A DNA stretch of 64,000 nt from the human T2T-CHM13v2.0 reference genome, Homo sapiens: the NCBI RefSeq assembly GCF_009914755.1, contig NC_060943.1; one strand, 5' to 3'. The notes beneath the pieces are model-generated. The model saw only the letters and a program-made list of their open reading frames with translations, was not told the DNA's origin and made no database searches. Shown here piece after piece: positions 53,036-64,000 of this stretch. The position numbers were made by a program, and so were the translations under genes. Positions within the stretch are counted from its first letter, which is position 1. Each line of letters starts with the position of its first letter.

Positions 53036-53469
53036 CATCCATCACCCAAATTCTTCAGTTGTTGCCATTTTGCCACATTTCCTTTATCTTTATTAATACA
53101 CACACATACACTTTTTTTTGTGAGTCATTTGAAAATATGTTGGGGACATCTTCACATTTTACCATTAATAATTTTAACATATATCTCCTTAGTATTAATG
53201 ATATATCTCCAACCTAAGGAAATTAAAATAGACTTAATAATATTCTTAAGCATTTTATATTTAGACAGCTCCAGTAGTCTTCAAGCTCTCTTTATTTAGC
53301 TGCTATTGTGTTTGTTTGTTTGTTTTACTTGGGTATGTGTTTGCCTGATCTAGGATCCAGTCAAGATTTATATATTGATTTGGTCATTGGATCTCTTTAG
53401 TCTCTTTTAATCTGGAGCAGTCTCTCATTTTTTGTTTTATATGACTTTGAATTTTTTTGGTTTTTTTGA

Positions 53470-53628
<159 letters not shown>

Positions 53629-53972
53629 TAGTAGAGACGGGGTTTCTCCATGTTGGTCAGGCTGGTCTCAAATTCCCGACCTCAGGTGATCTGCCCAACT
53701 TGGCCTCCCAAAGTGCTGGGATTACAGGCATGAGTCACCATGCCCGGCCCTGTTTTATATGACATTGAATTTTTTTGAGAATCCAGGACAATTATTTTAT
53801 AGAATGTCACATAACCTTTATTTGTCTCATGGCTTTCTCATGTATAGGAAGCTTAGATTCAGGTTAAATATATTTGGCAAGCATACCACATAGGTGGTAT
53901 GATGGTACATCTTTTATTGTATTACATTGGGAGGAACATATTGTCAGGTTGCTCTACTACTGTTGATGCCAA

Positions 53973-54403
53973 GTGCTGTATGGATGTTTGTCCCCTCCGA
54001 ATCTTATGTTGAAATTTTCCCCCCATTGTTGGAGGTGGGGCCTAATGGCAGGTGTTTCAGTTATGGGGATGGATCCCTGATGAACAGATTAATGCCCTCC
54101 CTGGGGGGCAGTGGGTGAGTGAGTTCTTGCTCTTATTACTTCCCAAAAGAGCTGGTTGTTAAAAAGAACCTAGCACCTCTCTCGACCCTCTCTTTTGCTT
54201 CCTCTCTCTCCACATAATCTCTGCACATCCCAGCTCCTCTTCACCTTCTGCTAGTGGAAGCAGCCTGAAACCTTCATCAGAAGAAGCTGTTGGTGCCATG
54301 CATCTTGTACAGCCTGCAGAACTGTGAGCCAAATAAACCTCTTTTCTTTATAAGTTACCCACTCTTAGATATGTCTTCATAGCAACACAAGTAGACTAAG
54401 GCA
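53973..54403 (+). mobile_element. MSTB-like MaLR LTR
   Basis: ggatgtttgtcccctcc...gttggaggtggggccta...gcagaactgtgagccaaataaacctcttttctttataa. Confidence 0.8.
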
Positions 54404-55044
54404 TCAAGTTTTACCACTTAAGATTAAGGTGGTGAGTACCAAATCTTTCTATTAAACAGGTATATATTTTTCCCTTTATAATTAATAAATAATCTGTAGA
54501 GTGATACTGTGAGATCAAGTGAATATCCTTTTCCGCAGCACAATTCATTATCCAGCTTTAGAATCCATTGAGGATCCTGAATCTTTTATCCTATTGACGA
54601 TTTTTAAATGGTGATTTTCAGGTTCCTCCGTTTCTTCTAGCACACTTTGTAGATTCTTAGCAAACTTCTAAAAATGATTTCTTCTCAGTAGACGTTGGAC
54701 TTTGTTGCTTGATCTCCCATATTTTCCTATTTTCCATTTCTGTATCTTTTTTGTATGGGTTTTAAAGATATTTTATTATTTACTTTTGAATGATTTGTTT
54801 TTATTCCAACTTTATATTTTCATTTTCTATGAATACTTTTTTCACTTAATATTTCTTTCATATTATTCTATTCTTGTATCATGTGGAGTAGCTTCTCATA
54901 TCCTTATGAGAATATACGTTGTGACTTTTGAGGTTTTCTTTGTTCTCCTATATAGTCTGTCTTCTGAGTTGCTTTGGTTGCTTTGTTTACTGTCTTTTAT
55001 CTTACAGGCTTTTCTCAAATATCTAATATTTGCCTATTTTTTGT

Positions 55045-55650
55045 TTCTGTTGTTTTTGTATATATTTAAGATATACAACATGAGGTTTTGATACATATTA
55101 TGAAATGGTGACTGTAGTCAAGCAAATTAACATGTTCATCATCTCACATAGTTACACTTTTTGTGTGTGTGTGGCAAGAGCACCTAAAAATCTACTCTCA
55201 TCAAAAATCTCAAATACAATACAATGTCATTAACTATAGTCCTCATGTTGTACATTGGATCTCTAGACTTATTCATTCTACATGTCTGAAACTTTGTATC
55301 CTTTGACCTGCATCTCCCCATTTTCTCCCTGACAGTCCCTGGTAACTACCATTCTGTATGCTATTTCTGTACTTTTTTTTTTTTTTTACATTCTACATAT
55401 AAGTGAGATCATGCAGTATTTCTCTTCGTCTCCCTTATTTCACGTAGCATAACGTCCTCCAGTTTCATGTCTGTTTTGTCAAATGGCAGGATCTCTTTCT
55501 TTTCAATGGTGAATAATATTCATTTATATATATCACAATTTCTTCATCTGTTCATCCATCAGTGGGCACATAGGTTATTTTCATGTCTTGGCTATTGTGA
55601 ATAATACTGCTTTGAACATGTGAGTGCACATATCTTCATGAGGTAGTGAT
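55045..55650 (-). mobile_element. L1MA (L1MA9/10-like) 3' end
   Basis: taactatagtcctcatgttgtacattggatctctagacttattc is antisense L1MA 3'UTR. Confidence 0.75.
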
Positions 55651-55887
55651 CTATTTGTAATTTAGAGTGGGCCCTAAGAAGCTGTATGCTATATATTTTG
55701 TATGTTGATTGTTAGACTTTTATGGGTACTTAGTTCCCTCCACTTCTTAAGTTTTTCTGGGGTTCTGCAGCATAAACCGTACACTTTTTTATACACAAAA
55801 AGTGTAACTATGTGTGGGCTTTCCTTACTTTTAGTTAAGATTATATCTTTTTTGATTGGTCATTGTTTATCTTACACTTTCAACTTA

Positions 55888-56229
<342 letters not shown>

Positions 56230-56301
56230 CTAGCACTTTGGGAGGCTGAGGTCGGGAGTTCAAGACCAGCCTGACCAACATAGAGAAACCCTGTATTACT
56301 A

Positions 56302-56460
<159 letters not shown>

Positions 56461-58474
56461 TCAAAATAAATAAATAAATAAGCTGAAAATGTTTTGTTGC
56501 TGCAGCTTCCTCTTTAATTTCCTTTTATGTGGTGGTTTTGTTCTGTTTTACAAATTCCTTTTCATTCCTTTTAGTGAGGTTTTGGAAAGCGTACGGGGAT
56601 AAATGCACGTGATCCACTTGAGCTTTTTCAGAGAAATTATGTTGTATGGCTAGAGAAATCTAGTTTTTAGATGTTTATTTGTAAGGATAATACATTTTGC
56701 AAATAATTTATTATATTATTCAATAAATGCATTTAGGTTTTTTTTGCATGTACCAGAGTTCAAGTTGATTAAATTAATAGATATTATCTTTGTCTTCATG
56801 AAGCTTGGCTCTATTGTAGCAGACAGAGGTTAAACAAGCATTCAAACAAATATGAAAAATTTAACTGTAGGGAATGGATACGTAAATTACCTATTATCAA
56901 AACAAAACACAAAGAAAAGAGGAAAAAAGAGCTCTGAGAAATGATAGTAGAGTGTGCATAATTCAGACTGAACATGTAGGAAATATTTTAAAGATACATC
57001 ATTTAGCAGAGACCTAAACCACTGCCAGAAACTTGCAAGGCCAAGAGTAGGGGCAGTGGATATAGGGGGACATTTCAGGCAGATGAAACCATGATGGGGA
57101 TGGGTCGGTACAGTTTTGTGCATTTGAAGAACTATGAAGACTACATAGTAGCTACAGCTTATTGTTGGGTGGGGGGTGCAGGGAGGGATATTAGGTTGAA
57201 GAGACAGGCAGATCACTGAGGAACTTTTAAGAGCGAGTTCATTTTGAGCAGAACAGTTCCAGGCTAAATATCACTCTGGGTGCTAAGGGTGCAAAACTGG
57301 AAATGCAGGCAGGTAGAAGAAATGCTGGTTTAGTGTCCAAGCAAAAGATAATTTTGATTTGGATTAGCCAGTTGGAGACTGAAAGAACAATTTCAAGACA
57401 TATTTAGACCTGCTCTAAACAGGATTGTTATGTAAGTTGTAGAAAGAGATTGGTGCCGAATGTTTTCACTTTTTGGGATTTGAGGTATTCACTCAGGGCC
57501 TTAGATAGTATCTTTAAATCCATTCCCTTTCCTAGCCTCTACTTTTGAGGCAAATAAGTCTCCCAAAATAATAAGCACTGCATAGTTACTTTATGCAAGT
57601 ATGTAAGTAGATTTGGTGTGATCAGAATCATTCCATAATCATCAAAGATGAGGTTCAGGATATTTATATATCTTCATCTTTCTTGCAGTCTTCTAGTAGT
57701 ATCACATTGCCTCCTGTCTTGTCTTCCCTTTCCTCTTATGTTAAAACCAGATTCTGTTCCTCTGCTGTAGCCCTTACTGAGCTCCATCTTCTCTCAATGT
57801 TATCATCATAGAATTTGGAGGCAAACTTATTTCTTAAATGGCATAAACAAACCACATTCTAACCACAGATGAATCTTCCCTCTCCATAGCTCATTCCATA
57901 CTCATTTAGCACGTTAGTCTTTCATTGGGAAACTGCTCTTTGTGGATTATCTTTCTTTTCTGTCTCCATCAGTTTATATGCAAATTATGTTTATTACTGA
58001 AACATCCCAGATTTCCCACCCCAGGAAAAATGTAGTACTCCCAACAACCCTGATAAATGAATATGAGAATTACTCTCATTTATAAATGTTTATAGCACTA
58101 GATTCATCTCTTAAAAAATTAAGACAGGGCCAGGACATCTGTATAATTACCAAGCTTTCAAAGTCTGCAGGACTTTTAAACTAAACTAAACTACTATTTA
58201 AAACTACTATTTTAAATAAATATCTAAACTACTATTTAAAAATAATCTGTTTCCTGAAAACCTCCTCCACTTTCTAGTCTGACTTTTACTCATTTTCTCT
58301 GCTTCCCTAATCTGTTTTTCAAATTGCCCAGTCATATGTGAGAACTGTATAAACCACTCAATTTTTATGAAAATTAAATTGTAGTTAAGTCTTTCGTATC
58401 TATTATAAACGTTTAATCTCTCCCAGAACACAAAAAAGTGAATGTTTGCTTTTATATTTTCTTTCAGACTATGA

Positions 58475-59980
<1,506 letters not shown>

Positions 59981-60133
59981 AATTATGTGCTGAAGGAAGG
60001 ACTCTAAACATATGACTTAAGAAAATTCATAGTGGTGAAAATCTCTACAAATAGAACTAAGGTACAAATGCCTTACTTATGCTTCACAGGTTAGTCAGTC
60101 TAAGAATATTTATACAGGAAAAAAATCACCCCA

Positions 60134-60144
60134 AATAAAATAAA
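60134..60144 (+). terminator. Overlapping AATAAA poly(A) signals, candidate proximal 3' end of ZNF345
   Basis: AATAAAATAAA about 150 bp after the stop, followed by T-rich sequence. Confidence 0.55.
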
Positions 60145-60452
60145 TATTTGAAGATCCTTATCTATATTCATTCCTTCATTACTTTTGGAAAATTCTTACT
60201 TGTGAATGTTAAAAATGAAAAAAAAATCATTTATTATATTTTGCCTCAACTTTAAACATTGGAAAACTCATTTCTGGGTTAATCCTACTATATTTTTTCA
60301 ATGGTCTTTTTTTTTTGTATTATACAGAATTACTGATTCATTGAAAAATTATTTTATTTATTGCAAGTCTAAATTTATCCTTTTTTTCTTTCCTGATTAT
60401 CCTAACACCATTTATTCAATAACCTTGTCCATTTTCATATTTTTTTTATTGA

Positions 60453-60647
<195 letters not shown>

Positions 60648-61601
60648 TAGCTGGGACTACAGGCGCCCGCCACCACGCCCAGCTAATTTTTTGTATTTTC
60701 ATTAGAGATGGGGTTTCACCACGTTGGCCAGGATGGTCTCGATCTCTTGACCTCGTGATCCATCTGCCTCGGCCTCCCAACGTGCTGGAATTACAGGCAT
60801 GAGCCACCATGCCTGGCCCAGTGTTTGTTTTTTAAATTTATATATATGTATCTATGTCTCATCCTGTTTATGGTCAATAACTGTTACTTTTAAGTATCCT
60901 TTAATACCTGTACCTTTTGTTTTAGAAGATTGTTTACTTTCCTTTTATAAAATTATACTCTCCATTTTAGCAAAACAGCTTTCCCTCATCATAATGTAGA
61001 TAAAAAGAAAAAAAGGATATGGTTACCTGTAATCTTACCAATCATAGATAATCACTGTCAAACTTTTGGAGCAAATCCTTTAATACTATCTCTCATTGTT
61101 TTGGAAACAAGGTGTGATTATGCTATACTATAACCAGCCCTTAATATTTTTTGTCTGTAAATATGTTGTTACCATTTTATTGGCTTTATAGTATTCACCT
61201 GTCTTTATCAAACCCCAATTTTGTCAAATATTAAAAATTTTGCCATTATAAACACTTACCTTGATGGCCCCTTTTCAGTGTGTCTGATTTATTTATTTAT
61301 TGTTCATTTCAGAGATAATGTATCAATTGCTTTTGCATATAAAAGATTTTTACATTACAGATAAAGCCGGCCTTTCCTTTGAGCAGCATTCCTGGCCTCA
61401 GTTCCTTTCCAATGTTAACCAATTTACTTATTCTTCCAGATCCTTTTATATGCATCTGTAACATACCTATGGTAATGTGGGTAGAATCAATACCTCAGAG
61501 CCTTATTGTGTGGATTCTATAATTGTGCCTATCACATAATAAATGCTTAGTGAATGTTACCCATCACTATTATCTTCTCAAGCTTCATCTTTATTATTTC
61601 T

Positions 61602-61695
61602 AGAAAAACTTTTAGCCATGATCCATACCTTACTCAACAACAAAGACCTCATAATGGAGAAAGACATTCATTTAAATGAATGTAGGGAAAATTTG
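61602..61695 (+). pseudogene. Degenerate zinc-finger relic downstream of ZNF345
   Basis: Translates [20 protein letters not shown], then after a frameshift NECREN; resembles [20 protein letters not shown]. Confidence 0.6.
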
Positions 61696-62835
61696 ATTGA
61701 CATTCTTTCCTTGTTGAATAAGAATATTTGCTGCCAGGCACAGTGGCTCACACCTGTAATTTCAGCACTTTGGGAGGCCAAGGTGGGTGGATCACTTGAG
61801 GCCAGGAGCCTAGCCAACATGGTGAAACCCCATCTCTATTAAAAATACAAAAATTAGCCAGGCATGGTGGCGTGTGCCTGTAGTTCCAGCTACTCGGGAG
61901 TCTGAGGCATAAGGATTGCTTGAACCTGTGGAGGTTGCAGTGAACCAAGATTGCACCACTGAACTCCAACCTGGGTGACAGAGCAAGGCTCTGTCTCAGA
62001 ACAAAATAAAAATAAATAAATAAAAAATTGTCCTACAGAAAAAATAATAAGATTATAAAGTGTGAGAAGACAAATACACTATAAAATTTGTACCAGGGTA
62101 GAAGTAAAAAAACTAGCAGTTTTCTCCATTGAAATCCAAATATTAATTCAGTACTCATCTGCATGATTCTTTGCTTAAAAATAAAATGCAGGCAGGCACA
62201 GTAACTCTTGCCTGAAATCTCAGCACTTTGGGAGGCTGAGGCAGGAGGATTGCTGGAAGCCTGGAGTTTGAGACCAGCCTGGGTAACATAGCAAGCCCCC
62301 ATCTCTACAATAAAAGTTTTAAAAATGAGCCAGGCATGGTGGCCTCCAGCTACCAGAGGCTGAGGTGGGAGGATCAGTTGAGCCCAGGAATTCAAGGCCT
62401 CAGTGCACTATTATTGTGCCACTGCACTCCAGCCTGGAAAACAGAATAAGATCCTGTCTCTAAAAATAAATGAGTAAATTAACTAAAATCAAATACATTA
62501 TTTTTTAAATAAGTGGCACTGAATAGATTACATAGCAAAACCTGTGAGGACCTGTAATATACAGAGGAAATTTTATAGCTCTAAATTCATTCATTTGTTA
62601 GAATGTTAAAGAAATTATAAATAAAGAAACCAAGCATATAACCCAAGAAGCTGGAGAAAGAATAACTACAACAAAAACCCTAAGGATAATGGGAGGGAAA
62701 AATAATTTTAGAATAAAAAAAGCTAGATCAATCACAACCTAATGTTTTGAAAACAAAAATAGTAGCAGTTCTCATAAATAAAGGTATATGAACATGAATG
62801 CAAAAGCGACATTACTCTAGAGACTTTACAGATTA

Positions 62836-63028
62836 CAGGTTGAGCATGCTTAATTTGAAAATTCAAAATCTGAAATGCTCCAAATTCCAAAACTTTTTGA
62901 GCTCAACATTATGCTCAAAGATAATTTCAGACTTCTGGATTAAGTATGCTCACCTGGTAAATATAATGCAAATATTCCAAAATCCAAAACACTTCTGGTC
63001 CCAAGCATTTTGAGGGATACTCAGCTTA
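62836..63028. mobile_element. Tigger4a/MER46 (TcMar) MITE
   Basis: TA|caggttgagcat left TIR, aaaatctgaaatgctccaaa core, gggatactcagctt right TIR. Confidence 0.8.
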
Positions 63029-64000
63029 TGTTTATTACGATTACATGTAACCTTTTAATAATTATTTTGAAAATTGAACATTTTAGTAAAAGGATTTTAA
63101 TCACCAGAACTGACTCAAAGTGGCATAGAAATGGGTATTATATGAGGGATATAAAGCAAAAACTATATCTAGGAAGGCTGGGGAAAAAAACCCTGTAGCC
63201 AAAGTCTCTTTTATACCCCCCAGTCAGGTCCCTTGAGTGAATATTCTGGCATTCAATCACATTTTGCATTGGAAAGAGCAAAAGATGAAAATATATCAGC
63301 ATTAGTATATTTTATGTCTTTTTAATTTGAGGTAATTAGATTTTTTAATTTTTAAAAAGAATGGAATAGGAATCATTAAAAACAGACTAAAGTAACATGA
63401 AATCTTAAGATGCTACATATAAAATACATCACTTTAAATATGAAACTAATTTTTAAAGTCCTGCAGATTAATCTGTTGGAGATATATATTGAAACCCACT
63501 TTCAGAGACATTAAAATGCGGGGTAAAAAGTGCATTTTAGAACTGATAAACTACTTCATCAATGATTTTAATGGTTCCTTTTCTTTAGATTTTCAAATTC
63601 GTTGATATTGGCAAACAGAATTGGCTTTCAGTTTTCAGTCTCTGTATATATATTTGTATTTCTACTCATAGTTTTATTTTTAAACCACTTTATTCCTCTA
63701 AATTGATTTGAAGGAGTCCCATTCATTTTACTTGTTTTTTTTTTTAAAAAAACCTTATCTGGGTTTTCTTCATGCTTTTGACTATTTTTGTTTGCTTTTT
63801 CTATTTCAAAAATATATTTCACTATTTTCTTTTTATTTGTGTGTATTTCTGTTGAGTACATGTGCTTGGTTAATATATTTTCAGTCTCTTTTAAATTGGA
63901 AGCATTTAAGGCTACAAGATTTCCTTTGAATATTGCTGTATCTGGGGCCCATGGTTTTTTTTTCTTCTTGAGATGGAGTCTCGCTCTGTCACCAGGCTGG

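Overview
Human genomic DNA (Alu-dense, contains an AluYa5) that I recognise from the proteins as the ZNF790/ZNF345 segment of the chr19q13.12 zinc-finger cluster. Minus strand: complete coding structure of ZNF790 (ATG exon 7299-7291, KRAB-A 5470-5347, KRAB-B 5060-4965, finger exon 1797-116; splices to 636 aa with 12 intact C2H2 fingers), CpG-island promoter at ~20 kb. Plus strand: ZNF345 (single coding exon 58514-59980, 488 aa, 15 fingers, no KRAB), CpG-island promoter at ~32 kb. The rest is mostly repeats: about 60 Alus, solo LTRs, old L1, DNA transposons, a Y3 RNA pseudogene and a tailless U2 fragment. I found no prokaryote-type system or wholly new gene. The best story is how ZNF345 lost its KRAB domain: a fossil KRAB-A exon at 30129-30264, a retained ancestral-type start exon that now forms a 16-codon uORF, a fossil frameshift at the start of the finger exon, and a MER31-like LTR inside the probably bidirectional promoter. 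There are also two templated-insertion scars and a ~627 bp tandem duplication. Gene and repeat names are from memory, not database searches; repeat boundaries are approximate.
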